Part shown: positions 22,085 through 31,713 of the stretch, piece after piece
Layout of the letters: every line of letters begins with the position of its first letter
Numbering within the stretch: position 1 is the stretch's first letter
Assembly (NCBI GenBank): GCA_963777315.1
Contig: CAVZQC010000004.1
Location: 224,001-288,000 of the forward strand
Source: Vulcanimicrobiota bacterium
GTDB taxonomy: Bacteria; Vulcanimicrobiota; Vulcanimicrobiia; Vulcanimicrobiales; Vulcanimicrobiaceae
Direction: 5' to 3'
DNA: 64,000 nt
Made by a program: the position numbers and the translations under genes
Notes under the pieces: generated by a model
Database searches by the model: none
Told to the model about the DNA's origin: nothing
What the model saw: only the letters and a program-made list of their open reading frames with translations

Positions 22085-23875
22085 ATGGCGATCAAAGACT
22101 TTCCATCAGCAGCACAAGACACCGGCGGAAGACAGCTGGTGGAGATGTCGTGGGATCCGATCACGCGCATCGTTGGAAATCTGGGCATTTACACGAAGAT
22201 CGACTTCAAGCAAAAAGAAGTTGCGGAGTGCTACAGCACGTCGTCGATCTTCCGCGGCTACAGCGTGTTCATGCGCGGCAAGGATCCGCGCGACGCCCAC
22301 TTCATTACCAGCCGCATCTGCGGCATCTGCGGCGACAATCACGCATCCTGCTCGGTCTACTGCCAGAACATGGCCTACGGCGTCGAAACGCCGCCGATGG
22401 GTGAAGTGATCATGAACTTGGGCGAGTCCGCGGAGTACATGTTCGATCACAATATCTATCAAGAGAATTTGGTCGGGGTGGACTTTTGCGAGAAGATGGT
22501 GCGCGAAACCAATCCCGGCGTGTGGGAAAAAGCCAAGACCACCGAGGCGCCGCACGCGTCCGAGCACGGATACCGTACCGTTGCGGACATCATGACCGCG
22601 CTCAACCCGTTCGAAGGTGAAATCTATCGGTTAGGCCTGGTGAACAGCCGTCTGACGCGAGAGATGTTCTGCTTGATGGAAGGGCGCCACGTTCATCCGT
22701 CGACGCTCTATCCGGGCGGCGTGGGCACCATGGCGGTGCAGCAGACGTTCACCGATTATTTGGTGCGCCTGATGCGCTACATCGAGTGGATGAAGGTCTG
22801 CGTTCCGCTTCACGACGATCTGTTCGATTTCTTCTATGAAGCGTTGCCCGGTTACGAGCACGTCGGCGAACGCCGCGTGCTGCTGGGATGCTGGGGCGCG
22901 CTCAACCACGAAGGCGAGTGCGACTTCCAGTATCGTCACATGACCAAATGGGGTCGCCAAATGTGGGTGACTCCCGGTGTCGTCGTGGATGGAAAGCTCG
23001 TCACCAACGATTTGGTCGACATCAATTTGAATTTGCGGATCCTGTTGGGTCATTCGTATTATCTGGATTGGGAGCAGCAGGAGAAGCTGGTCGATCGCGA
23101 TCCGCTGGGCAATCCCGTCGACGCGCGCCATCCCTGGAACGCGCGCCAGATTCCGGCGCCGAAAAAGCGCGACTTCGGCGGGCAGTATAGCTGGGTGATG
23201 TCCCCGCGCTGGTTCCACGACAACCAGTATCTCGCGCTCGACACCGGCGGCGGTCCGCTCGCGCGGCTGTGGTCGACGGCGCTGTCGGGACTGGTCGACA
23301 ACGGCTACGTCAAAGCCACCGGCAACAGCGTGGAAATGACGCTGCCCAAGACGGCGCTCAAACCCGAGATGAAACTCGAGTGGAAGATTCCCAAATGGAG
23401 CAACGCGATCGAACGCGACCGCGCGCGCACGTACTTCCAAGCGTATGCAGCGGCGTCCGCGATGTATTTTTGCGAAGTGGCGCTCGACTTGCTGGCAAAG
23501 GGCGAGACCAAAACTTGGAGCGCGTTTAAGGTCCCCAAGGAAGCGATCAGCGTGGGATTCACCGAAGCCGTGCGCGGCGTCCTCTCGCATCACATGGTGA
23601 TCCGCGACGGCAAGATCGAAAACTACCAGCCGTGGCCCCCGACGCCGTGGAATGCCAGCCCGCGCGACAGCTACGGCACACCCGGTCCGTACGAAGACGC
23701 CGTGCAGAACACGCCGATCTTCGAGGAGAACGGCCCCGATAGTTTCAAGGGCATCGACATCATGCGCGCGGTGCGCAGCTTCGATCCGTGCCTGCCGTGC
23801 GGCGTACACATGTACTTGGGAGGCGGTAAGACGATCGAACGAATACACACGCCTTTCGCCGCCGCCGAGGCTTAG
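22085..23875 (+). CDS. hhyL: group 1h [NiFe]-hydrogenase large subunit
   Basis: WDPITRIVG, L1 motif TSRICGICGDNH, L2 motif SFDPCLPCGVH. Confidence 0.96.
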   Translation: MAIKDFPSAAQDTGGRQLVEMSWDPITRIVGNLGIYTKIDFKQKEVAECYSTSSIFRGYSVFMRGKDPRDAHFITSRICGICGDNHASCSVYCQNMAYGVETPPMGEVIMNLGESAEYMFDHNIYQENLVGVDFCEKMVRETNPGVWEKAKTTEAPHASEHGYRTVADIMTALNPFEGEIYRLGLVNSRLTREMFCLMEGRHVHPSTLYPGGVGTMAVQQTFTDYLVRLMRYIEWMKVCVPLHDDLFDFFYEALPGYEHVGERRVLLGCWGALNHEGECDFQYRHMTKWGRQMWVTPGVVVDGKLVTNDLVDINLNLRILLGHSYYLDWEQQEKLVDRDPLGNPVDARHPWNARQIPAPKKRDFGGQYSWVMSPRWFHDNQYLALDTGGGPLARLWSTALSGLVDNGYVKATGNSVEMTLPKTALKPEMKLEWKIPKWSNAIERDRARTYFQAYAAASAMYFCEVALDLLAKGETKTWSAFKVPKEAISVGFTEAVRGVLSHHMVIRDGKIENYQPWPPTPWNASPRDSYGTPGPYEDAVQNTPIFEENGPDSFKGIDIMRAVRSFDPCLPCGVHMYLGGGKTIERIHTPFAAAEA

Positions 23876-23882
23876 CGCGCCG

Positions 23883-24719
23883 GTGGCGGACGATCTGCTG
23901 CGTGAGTCCAGTGAACGCGTCGAAACGCTGCTGCAGCGGTTCGACGCGTTTCCGCCTGCAACGGGCGCGCGCACCGACGCCGGCGAATTGGTGCGGATCA
24001 TTTCGGCTCTGTACGGCGAGGCGCTCGCGCGCATCGGCCGAACGCTGCGCGAGCAGCTGGGCGATTCTGCGCAGGGCGTGCTCGAGCAATGCTGCAGCGA
24101 TCCGCTCGTTGCCAGCCTGATGATCGCGCACGGCCTGCACCCGGTCCCTTTGGAGGAGCGGGTCCGGCGGGCGATCGATTCCGTGCGGCCGTACATGCAA
24201 TCGCACAAGGGCGACGTAGAGATTCTCTCGATCGACGAAGACGTCGTCGAACTGCGCTTGCACGGAACGTGCGACGGATGCGCTTCCTCGCAGGCCACGC
24301 TCAAGCTCAACGTCGAGCGCGCGATCTTTGCGGCGGCGCCCGAGATTTTGGAAGTGCGCGCAGACGGCGCCGTCGCTTCGGTTCCGGAAATCTTGCCTTC
24401 GGTCAGCCGTTGGAGCGAAGTTTCCGCTCCGGCCGATATGCGCGCCGCCGAAGTCCGTTCGGTGCACGTCGACGACGTCGGCGTTCTGCTGATGCGTGAT
24501 GCCGGCACGTGGTACGCGTACCGCGATCGCTGTCCGATTTGCTTGGACGCCGTGCGGTCCCCGCAGCTCGTTTGGCCGCTGCTGTCGTGCGGCGCCTGCG
24601 GCCACTCGTTCGACGTCGTGCACGCCGGACGATCGCCGCAGAACGGCAGCGCGCTAGAGCCGTTGCCGCTGAGCGGGGACGATGAGCGGCTGCGTATCGC
24701 CGTTCCAGTTGGGGCATAG
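23883..24719 (+). CDS. NifU/NfuA domain plus Rieske-like domain hydrogenase accessory Fe-S protein
   Basis: VRPYMQSHKGDVE...GTCDGC NifU-C motif; C-terminal RDRCPIC...CGACGHSFD; start estimated at GTG 23883. Confidence 0.85.
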   Translation: MADDLLRESSERVETLLQRFDAFPPATGARTDAGELVRIISALYGEALARIGRTLREQLGDSAQGVLEQCCSDPLVASLMIAHGLHPVPLEERVRRAIDSVRPYMQSHKGDVEILSIDEDVVELRLHGTCDGCASSQATLKLNVERAIFAAAPEILEVRADGAVASVPEILPSVSRWSEVSAPADMRAAEVRSVHVDDVGVLLMRDAGTWYAYRDRCPICLDAVRSPQLVWPLLSCGACGHSFDVVHAGRSPQNGSALEPLPLSGDDERLRIAVPVGA

Positions 24720-24728
24720 AGCGCCGCC

Positions 24729-25352
24729 GTGAGTTTTTCGCTGACTAAACTCCTGGGTGAACCGCGCAAATCCGGGGGCCCGACGTGCGAAATTTGCGCA
24801 TCGCCGCTGGAAGATCGGCACGGGCATGCAGTCGACACGGCGGATCGGCGGCTGCTGTGCACGTGCTATGCGTGTACGCTGCTTTTCGCCGCGCCCGGTG
24901 CGGCACGCGGACGGTTCAAAATCGTGCCCAAGCGATACGAACCGGTCCCCTCGCCGCTCTTCAGCGACGCACAGTGGGACGCGTTGGGCATCCCGATTGG
25001 CCTCGCATTTTTTTTTGAAAACAGCGTCGATAATCGCGTGACGGCGTTTTATCCCGGTCCGGCCGGCGCAACGGAATCGCAGTTGCCGCTGCAAGCGTGG
25101 CAAGAGCTGCGCGCACGCGAGCCGCTCATCGATTCGATGCTGCCCGACGTTGAAGCCGCGCTGGTGTATCGCCCTAGAGGGCGTGAGTCGCAGTCGTATA
25201 TCGCGCCTATCGATGCCTGTTACGAACTGGTCGGCTTGATCCGCTCGACGTGGAAAGGCCTGGACGGGGGCGATGCCGTGCAAAATGCGGTCGAGGGCTT
25301 TTTCCAACGGCTCGCTTCGCTGGCTGAAGGCACGATCGAGGGCGGAGTATGA
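24729..25352 (+). CDS. group 1h hydrogenase accessory protein (DUF5947-like)
   Basis: CEIC...H.H...LLCTCYAC, IPIGLAFF, YPGPAGATES, PIDACYELVG. Confidence 0.8.
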   Translation: MSFSLTKLLGEPRKSGGPTCEICASPLEDRHGHAVDTADRRLLCTCYACTLLFAAPGAARGRFKIVPKRYEPVPSPLFSDAQWDALGIPIGLAFFFENSVDNRVTAFYPGPAGATESQLPLQAWQELRAREPLIDSMLPDVEAALVYRPRGRESQSYIAPIDACYELVGLIRSTWKGLDGGDAVQNAVEGFFQRLASLAEGTIEGGV

Positions 25353-25972
25353 ACTCGCTGCAGTTTTCCGTGGCGAGCGTAGCGGCACAGCAGCGCGTCG
25401 CGTCGCCGACGATCGTGTTCCGGCTGCGAATCCGCTGCGACGGCGAGCCGGTCGAGGCGATGGTGCTGCGCGCACAGCTGCGGATCGAACCGCAATGGCG
25501 AGCCTACGATTCGCGTCAGCAGTCGCTGCTCTACGATATGTTCGGAACGCCGGACCGTTGGGGCAAGACGCTGCATACGCTGGCATGGGCAGACATTCCG
25601 GTGGTCGTGCCGGCTTTCGCGGGCCAGACCGAAGTCGACGTCGGCGTGGCCTGCACGTACGATTTCGACGTGACGGCCACGCGCTATTTGAGCGCAGTCA
25701 ACGACGGCGAGATACCGGTTCGGCTGTTGTTCAGCGGATCGGTTTTTCGGCGATCGCCCGAAGGCTTTTCGGCCGAGCAGGTACCCTGGGAATGTGAGTG
25801 TGCGTACCGTATGCCGGCGAGCACCTGGCACGATGCAATGAAGGCGTGCTACGGCGATGCGGCGTTGATCCGCGTCGATCGGGAAACCTTCGATGAGCTG
25901 CACGCGTTCCGCGCGCGCAGCGGTCTCACCAGTTGGGAACATACGTTCACGCGGCTGCTGGAGCCGACATGA
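25349..25972 (+). CDS. group 1h hydrogenase accessory protein (DUF6084-like)
   Basis: LRIEP..RxY, FGTPDRWGKTL, CTYDFDV, LLFSGSVF, VPW motifs. Confidence 0.8.
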   Translation: MNSLQFSVASVAAQQRVASPTIVFRLRIRCDGEPVEAMVLRAQLRIEPQWRAYDSRQQSLLYDMFGTPDRWGKTLHTLAWADIPVVVPAFAGQTEVDVGVACTYDFDVTATRYLSAVNDGEIPVRLLFSGSVFRRSPEGFSAEQVPWECECAYRMPASTWHDAMKACYGDAALIRVDRETFDELHAFRARSGLTSWEHTFTRLLEPT

Positions 25973-27081
25973 ATCATCCCGATCAAGCGCGCGCGATTGC
26001 GGATGCCGTACTCTACGAAGGGTTTCTGCTCTATCCGTACACCGGCAGCGCGCTCAAAAACCAAATGCCGTGGCAATTCGGCGTGCTCATGCCGCAGGGA
26101 TACTCGGATGCCAGCGAGCGGACCGCCATGCGCGCGCAGATGCCGGCCTTTAGGTTGGGCGACGATCCGCGCGTCGAGGTAACGGCGCGTTTTCTGCAGG
26201 TCGGCGCTAGCCCTGTGGAGCGGGAAGTGTCGCTGTCCGCAAAGCTCGTCCCGGGCACGACGATGCGGCCGTTTGCGATCGACGTGCTTTGCGGCCGGCT
26301 GACGCTCGACATCGCTGCGGACGGCGACTATTTACGCGTGACGCTTTCGCTGGAAAACCATGGGACCACCGCGCCGCAGGCCGATCGCAAGGAAGCCCTG
26401 CGCACCGCGCTCGTCAGTGCGCACGCGATTCTCACCGCGCACGACGGGGCATTCGTCTCGCTGCTCGATCCGCCGGACGCTGCCAAAGAAGCGGTCTCGC
26501 GCTGTGAAAACCAGGGCGTATTCCCGGTTCTGACCGGTGAACCGCGCGAAGGCGGCCGCACCGCGTCAACGATCTTTGCTTCTCCCATCATTCTCTACGA
26601 TTTCCCGGCTATTTCGGCGGCCAGCCGCGGGCAGACGTTCGACGCGACCGAGATCGACGAGCTGCTTTTGCTGAGCGTAGCGTCGCTCGCGGATCGCGAA
26701 AAACAGGAGGCACGCGCCACGCACGGCTTCGCGCGCGAGCTGGTGGAGCGGGCGGAAGCGCTCGACGCGCATACGCTGGGAACGCTGCACGGCAAGACGT
26801 CCGTTCAGCGGGAACCGGGCGATGAGAGCGTGACGATCGCCGGAGCGACGGTCCGCCCCGGTTCACGCGTGCGGGTGCACCCGCAGGGCCGAACCGACAT
26901 TTGGGACAGTTTCGTCGCCGGACGAACGGCGAGCGTGTGCGCCGTACACACGGACTTTGAGGGAAAGCGGTACGTCGGCGTGGTGTTCGACGACGACCCC
27001 GCGAGCGAGATGCACGAATGGTACGGTCGCTCGTTCATGTACGGCGCGCACGAGATCGAACCACTGGAATCCGCGCCATGA
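25969..27081 (+). CDS. conserved hypothetical protein of group 1h hydrogenase clusters
   Basis: ADAVLYEGFLLYPY...KNQ..WQFG, SPIILYDFP, FDATEIDELL; SH3-like C-terminus; ATGA overlaps. Confidence 0.8.
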   Translation: MNHPDQARAIADAVLYEGFLLYPYTGSALKNQMPWQFGVLMPQGYSDASERTAMRAQMPAFRLGDDPRVEVTARFLQVGASPVEREVSLSAKLVPGTTMRPFAIDVLCGRLTLDIAADGDYLRVTLSLENHGTTAPQADRKEALRTALVSAHAILTAHDGAFVSLLDPPDAAKEAVSRCENQGVFPVLTGEPREGGRTASTIFASPIILYDFPAISAASRGQTFDATEIDELLLLSVASLADREKQEARATHGFARELVERAEALDAHTLGTLHGKTSVQREPGDESVTIAGATVRPGSRVRVHPQGRTDIWDSFVAGRTASVCAVHTDFEGKRYVGVVFDDDPASEMHEWYGRSFMYGAHEIEPLESAP

Positions 27082-27584
27082 AAGCGCTGGTCGCCGGCTT
27101 CGGCAACGTCTTTTTCAGCGACGACGGCTTTGGGCCGCAGGCCGTCGGTTTGTACCGCGCTCGATGGGCCGAGGAGGGCGTGCGCGCACGCGACTTCGGT
27201 ATAAGCGGCATGCACTTAGCGCTGGAAATGCTCGAACCGTACGAGGTGGTCGTGGTCGTGGACGCGATCGCCCGCGACGAACCGCCCGGCACGCTGTTCG
27301 TAGTCGAGCCCGAATCGAGTCAAGCGCCGGCAGCGCCGGACGCGCATGCGATGGACGTGCGCGGCGTGTTGGCCCTGTACGAGCGGCTCAAGAATGAAAT
27401 GGAACCGTCCCGAAACCCGAAAATCGTGCTGGTCGGATGCGTGCCTGAGACCACGGCCGAAGGCATGACGTTAAGCCCTGCAGTTGCGCATGCTTTGCCG
27501 GCGGCGGCCGAACTGATACGCGACGTCGTAGTTCGCTGCGGGAACCTGGAACGCAACACGACTTCAACTGGAGCAATGCCATGA
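27078..27584 (+). CDS. hydrogenase maturation protease (HybD/HyaD family)
   Basis: AGFGNVFFSDDGFG, VVDA, DAHAM, GCVP motifs. Confidence 0.9.
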   Translation: MKALVAGFGNVFFSDDGFGPQAVGLYRARWAEEGVRARDFGISGMHLALEMLEPYEVVVVVDAIARDEPPGTLFVVEPESSQAPAAPDAHAMDVRGVLALYERLKNEMEPSRNPKIVLVGCVPETTAEGMTLSPAVAHALPAAAELIRDVVVRCGNLERNTTSTGAMP

Positions 27585-27844
27585 AAAAGAGACATGTTTT
27601 GGGCACGCTGGCCGGCGCGGCAGCCGCGTTTGCTTTCGCGCGCATGGGGATGAAGATGTCGCGCGATCTCAAGCGGTACGATCATCTGCGATCGCTTTCC
27701 AACGAAGGTCCCGTTATGCAGGAAACGCCCGAGATGCTCGCGCAAGTGCTCACGTACGAACGCCATTTCGTGAAGAATATCATTGCGTTCGTTCAAGCGG
27801 TGCCCAAAGACATTGCGCGGTACATGAAGATAGAGTCGATGTAA
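27581..27844 (+). CDS. small membrane-anchored hydrogenase-cluster protein (DUF6893-like, duplicated motif)
   Basis: N-terminal hydrophobic helix; C-terminal PKDIARYMKIESM; translationally coupled on both sides. Confidence 0.7.
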   Translation: MKKRHVLGTLAGAAAAFAFARMGMKMSRDLKRYDHLRSLSNEGPVMQETPEMLAQVLTYERHFVKNIIAFVQAVPKDIARYMKIESM

Positions 27845-28138
27845 ATGTGCCTTGCGATCCCCGGACAAGTCGTGGAATTTTCCAGCGAGCAGCCCATGCT
27901 CGCCAAGGTCGACGTGGTGGGCGTAAAGCGCAACATCAATATCGGGCTTTTGGCTGATGAACCGCTGGAGGTCGGCGACTGGGTGCTGATCCACGTCGGG
28001 TTTGCAATGAGCAAAATCGGCCAAGAGCAGGCGCGCGATCAACTGCAGATGATTGCGGCGCTCGGTGAGGACCGCCAAGCGATGGACGAAGTTCGCGGGT
28101 ACTCCTTTGCCGAGCAATCGGGCAGCGGCTCGGGATGA
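27845..28138 (+). CDS. hypC: hydrogenase maturation chaperone HypC
   Basis: MCLAIPG...GDWVLIHVGFA. Confidence 0.96.
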   Translation: MCLAIPGQVVEFSSEQPMLAKVDVVGVKRNINIGLLADEPLEVGDWVLIHVGFAMSKIGQEQARDQLQMIAALGEDRQAMDEVRGYSFAEQSGSGSG

Positions 28139-28142
28139 CGAT

Positions 28143-29255
28143 ATGAAATACGTAGACGAGTTTCGCGATCCCGAGCTGATCGCCAACGTTGCGCGCGAAA
28201 TAACGCGCATTGCGGATCCGCAGATCCATTACCGCATCATGGAAGTATGCGGAGGCCATACGCATTCGATCTACCGCCATGGCCTGCGCGACGTGCTGCC
28301 CAAGAACATCGAGCTCGTTCACGGTCCGGGATGCCCGGTTTGCGTGCTTCCGATGGGGCGCATCGACGACGGGCTTTGCCTTGCCGATCGCCCAAACACC
28401 GTGTTGACCGCGTTCGGCGACATGATGCGCGTGCCTGGCACCAAAGGCACCCCCTTGGAGTACAAGGCGCGCGGCGCGGATGTGCGAATGGTGTATTCGC
28501 CGCTCGACGCGCTTCGAATCGCGCAAAACGAACCCGGTAAGCACGTATGCTTTTTTGCGATCGGCTTCGAAACGACCGCGCCGTCGACTGCGCTGACGAT
28601 CCTTCGCGCCAAGGCCCTGGGCGTCGAAAATTTCAGCGTGTTTTGCAATCACGTCACGATTTTGCCGGCGATCCGCGCCATCTTGGATTCGCCCGACATG
28701 CGTCTGGACGGATTTATCGGACCAGGGCACGTTTCGACGATAACCGGCTGCCGTCCGTACGAATTCATCGCGGGCCGGTACGGCAAGCCCGTCGTCATCT
28801 CGGGCTTCGAGCCGCTCGATCTGCTCGAAGGCATCCTGATGGTGCTGCGCCAGCTGAGCGCCGGTCAAGCCAAAGTCGAGAACCAATACCGGCGCATCGT
28901 TCCGTGGGACGGCAACAGCGCCGCTCTGCGTGCAATGTCCGACGTTTTCGAGCTGCGGCCGTACTTCGAATGGCGCGGCCTGGGATTCATTTCGCAATCT
29001 GCGCTGAAAATCAAGAGCTCGTATGCCAAATGGGACAGCGAAGCGCGGTTCGAGCTGCCCGGAGTGCGCGTCACCGATCCCAAGGCGGCCCAGTGCGGAG
29101 AGATCCTCAAAGGCGTTCTTTCACCGCCGCAATGCAAACTGTTCGCAAACGCCTGTACGCCGGAGCATCCCGTCGGCGCGTTGATGGTCTCGAGCGAAGG
29201 CGCGTGCGCTGCGTATTACAAATACGTCGCGCGCGTCGATGCGCTGTCCGTTTAA
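28143..29255 (+). CDS. hypD: hydrogenase formation protein HypD
   Basis: MEVCGGHTH, GPGCPVC, GFETT, PGHVS, GALMVSSEGACAAYY. Confidence 0.97.
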   Translation: MKYVDEFRDPELIANVAREITRIADPQIHYRIMEVCGGHTHSIYRHGLRDVLPKNIELVHGPGCPVCVLPMGRIDDGLCLADRPNTVLTAFGDMMRVPGTKGTPLEYKARGADVRMVYSPLDALRIAQNEPGKHVCFFAIGFETTAPSTALTILRAKALGVENFSVFCNHVTILPAIRAILDSPDMRLDGFIGPGHVSTITGCRPYEFIAGRYGKPVVISGFEPLDLLEGILMVLRQLSAGQAKVENQYRRIVPWDGNSAALRAMSDVFELRPYFEWRGLGFISQSALKIKSSYAKWDSEARFELPGVRVTDPKAAQCGEILKGVLSPPQCKLFANACTPEHPVGALMVSSEGACAAYYKYVARVDALSV

Positions 29256-29260
29256 ATGCC

Positions 29261-30280
29261 GTGAAAACCCGGATAGCGCAAATCGAGATGGCCCACGGCG
29301 CGGGCGGTAAGGCAACGCGCCGTTTGATCGAAGGGATGATCGTTCCGGCGCTGGCAAATCCTACGCTCGAAGCGCTTTCCGATGCGGCGCTGCTTACGGT
29401 CAAAGGAGCGCGGCTTGCGACGACCGCCGATGGATTCGTGGTCAAACCGCTGCGTTTTGCCGGTGGGTCGATCGGCTCGCTCGCGGTGCACGGCACGGTC
29501 AACGATCTCGCCGTTTCGGGTGCGCGCCCTTTGGCACTCATGGCAACGCTGATCTTGGAGGCGGGGCTTCCCGGCGAAGTGCTCGAGCAAGAAATCGACG
29601 CGATGGCGCAAGCGTGCCGCACGTCCGGCGTGAACGTCGTGGGCGGGGATACCAAGGTCGTCGAGCACGGTATGGCCGACGGCATGTACGTCACGACGTT
29701 CGGAATCGGCATCGTCGACGAGCGCCTTACGCTCGGCCCGCAGAACGTCCGCGCCGGCGACCGCGTGCTGATATCCGGCAATATCGGCGATCACGGCATC
29801 ACGATCTTACTCGCCCGCGGTGAATTGGAGTTGGAAGCCGAGATCGCTTCCGATTCCCGTCCGCTCACGCCGTTCGTGGATGCGTTGTGCGCCAGGTCCG
29901 CCGCGGGTCTGCGCTGGATGCGCGATCCGACTCGCGGCGGCGTTGCAACCGCGCTCAACGAGCTCGCGCGCGAAACGCGCCTGGCGATCGTGCTCGAAGA
30001 AGAAGCAATCCCAGTGCGCGATGAAGTCCGCGGCGCGTGCGAGCTGCTCGGATTGGATCCGCTGCACATCGCCAACGAAGGCCAGTTCATCGCTATCGTG
30101 TCGCCGCACGAAGCCCAGGCCGCGCTCGAGTCGCTGCAGAGCGTACCCGGCGGCGAAGCGGCGCGAACGATCGGCGTGGTTGAAGACGCGCCGGCCGCAA
30201 CGGTGCTCACGCGCACGCGATACGGTGGGACGCGTGTGGTCGACATGCTGGTCGGCGATCCGCTGCCGCGTATATGCTGA
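29261..30280 (+). CDS. hypE: carbamoyl dehydratase HypE
   Basis: MAHGAGG, GTVNDLA, GGDTKVV, RDPTRGG, C-terminal LPRIC; start estimated at GTG 29261. Confidence 0.96.
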   Translation: MKTRIAQIEMAHGAGGKATRRLIEGMIVPALANPTLEALSDAALLTVKGARLATTADGFVVKPLRFAGGSIGSLAVHGTVNDLAVSGARPLALMATLILEAGLPGEVLEQEIDAMAQACRTSGVNVVGGDTKVVEHGMADGMYVTTFGIGIVDERLTLGPQNVRAGDRVLISGNIGDHGITILLARGELELEAEIASDSRPLTPFVDALCARSAAGLRWMRDPTRGGVATALNELARETRLAIVLEEEAIPVRDEVRGACELLGLDPLHIANEGQFIAIVSPHEAQAALESLQSVPGGEAARTIGVVEDAPAATVLTRTRYGGTRVVDMLVGDPLPRIC

Positions 30281-31476
30281 CGGTTCAGCACGGCGATAAG
30301 GCCGCCCAGCTCGAAGACTTCATTCGCCGGCGGATCTTGGAGCGCAACGAGCCGTGCGCGCAGTTCTTCGCGCGCGAAGCGCTGCCGCTGGCCCGAGCGT
30401 GCCGCGAAATGGCCACGCGTTTTTTAAACGGCGGCCGGCTTTTGGCGTTCGGCACTGGACCATACGCGACCGATGCGATGCACGTGTCGGTGGAGTTCAT
30501 CCATCCCGTGATCGTGGGCAAGCGCGCGCTGCCGGCGCTTGACGTGAGCATGGCGTGCGAGCCGTGGATCCGCAGCATTTGCGGGCCTGCCGACATCGCG
30601 ATCGCCTTCGGGCCGCCCGAAGGCGGTCCGGCCTTGTCTTCGGCCCTAGATGAGGCAAAAACGCGCGGCGCCATGACGATCGCGTTTCCCGGCGATGCCG
30701 CGGATTATGCCGTCGCCGCCCCGAGCAGCGACGTACACGTGCACCAAGAGCTCTTCGAGCTGCTGGGCCATTCGATGTACGAATCGGTACACGTCTTTTT
30801 GGAACACCAGGGGACGGATGCGGCATCGAGCGACAGCCAGGGTGAGGCCTCGTTTCTCTATCCGTTCCTTTCAACCCAGGAACGGCCCATCGAATCCGTC
30901 GTCGACGAGGTCGCTTCTTCGATTCAGACCAAAGCGCGAGACGCAGCCGCACTGCGCGAGCGGGTAGCCGCGCAGGAAGCGTCGGCAATTGCCGGCGCGA
31001 CGCGCGCGATTGGTGGACGCCTAGCTGCCGGGGGACGGATTCTGGCGTTCGGCAACGGCGGTTCGGCAACGGACGCGACGGACTTTGCGCTGGATTGCAT
31101 CATGCCCGAAAAGGGATGGGCGCCGATACCGGCCGTCTCGCTGGCGCTCGAACCGGCCGTAATAACGGCAACCGCAAACGACGTCGGAAGCGACCTGATC
31201 TTTCTGCGGCAGCTCATTGCCCAGTCGAATCCGAAAGACGTGGCATTTGCGTTCTCCACGAGCGGCGGTTCGCGCAACGTGGTGGCCGCGCTGGAAGAAG
31301 CGCGCAAACGCGGCTTGCTCACCGTAGCTCTGCTGGGATACGACGGCGGGGAGATCGCGCACCGCGGCTTGGCCGACGCGGCGATCGTCGTGCGCAGCGA
31401 TTACATCCCGCGCATTCAAGAAGCGCAGGGGACGATCTACCACGTCTTGCGCGAAGCGCTGGCAACTCCCCACTAG
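30274..31476 (+). CDS. tandem SIS-domain protein (GmhA/phosphoheptose isomerase-like)
   Basis: Two SIS repeats (LAFGTG..ATDAMH and LAFGNGGSATDA; STSGGSRN; RIQE). Confidence 0.85.
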   Translation: MLTVQHGDKAAQLEDFIRRRILERNEPCAQFFAREALPLARACREMATRFLNGGRLLAFGTGPYATDAMHVSVEFIHPVIVGKRALPALDVSMACEPWIRSICGPADIAIAFGPPEGGPALSSALDEAKTRGAMTIAFPGDAADYAVAAPSSDVHVHQELFELLGHSMYESVHVFLEHQGTDAASSDSQGEASFLYPFLSTQERPIESVVDEVASSIQTKARDAAALRERVAAQEASAIAGATRAIGGRLAAGGRILAFGNGGSATDATDFALDCIMPEKGWAPIPAVSLALEPAVITATANDVGSDLIFLRQLIAQSNPKDVAFAFSTSGGSRNVVAALEEARKRGLLTVALLGYDGGEIAHRGLADAAIVVRSDYIPRIQEAQGTIYHVLREALATPH

Positions 31477-31482
31477 TATATC

Positions 31483-31713
31483 GTGCTCGAACTTTTTGGA
31501 ACCGCTTCCTGTCCCTACACCGCACAGCTGCGCGAAGATTTGCAGTGGCGCGGCGAGCAATTCGTCGAGCACGACGTGGACGGCGACGCGAGCGCGCTGG
31601 CCCGGATGCTGGAAATCGGCCGTGGAAACCGTACGGTTCCCCTGTTGGTTCGGGACGGAGAAGTCGTGCAAGTCGGCTATGAAGGGCGTGGCTGTTACGC
31701 GGGCGGCGGTTAA
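31483..31713 (+). CDS. glutaredoxin-like protein (Uxx-star-like family, Cys form)
   Basis: CPYT redox motif, RTVP, C-terminal GRGC. Confidence 0.8.
   Translation: MLELFGTASCPYTAQLREDLQWRGEQFVEHDVDGDASALARMLEIGRGNRTVPLLVRDGEVVQVGYEGRGCYAGGG

Noticed and set aside
22631..24862. 743-aa minus-strand ORF
   Set aside because: Antisense to hhyL and the NifU-like gene; no family features.
31483..31713. Selenoprotein possibility for the glutaredoxin-like gene
   Set aside because: The C-terminal redox position is TGT (Cys); no in-frame TGA.
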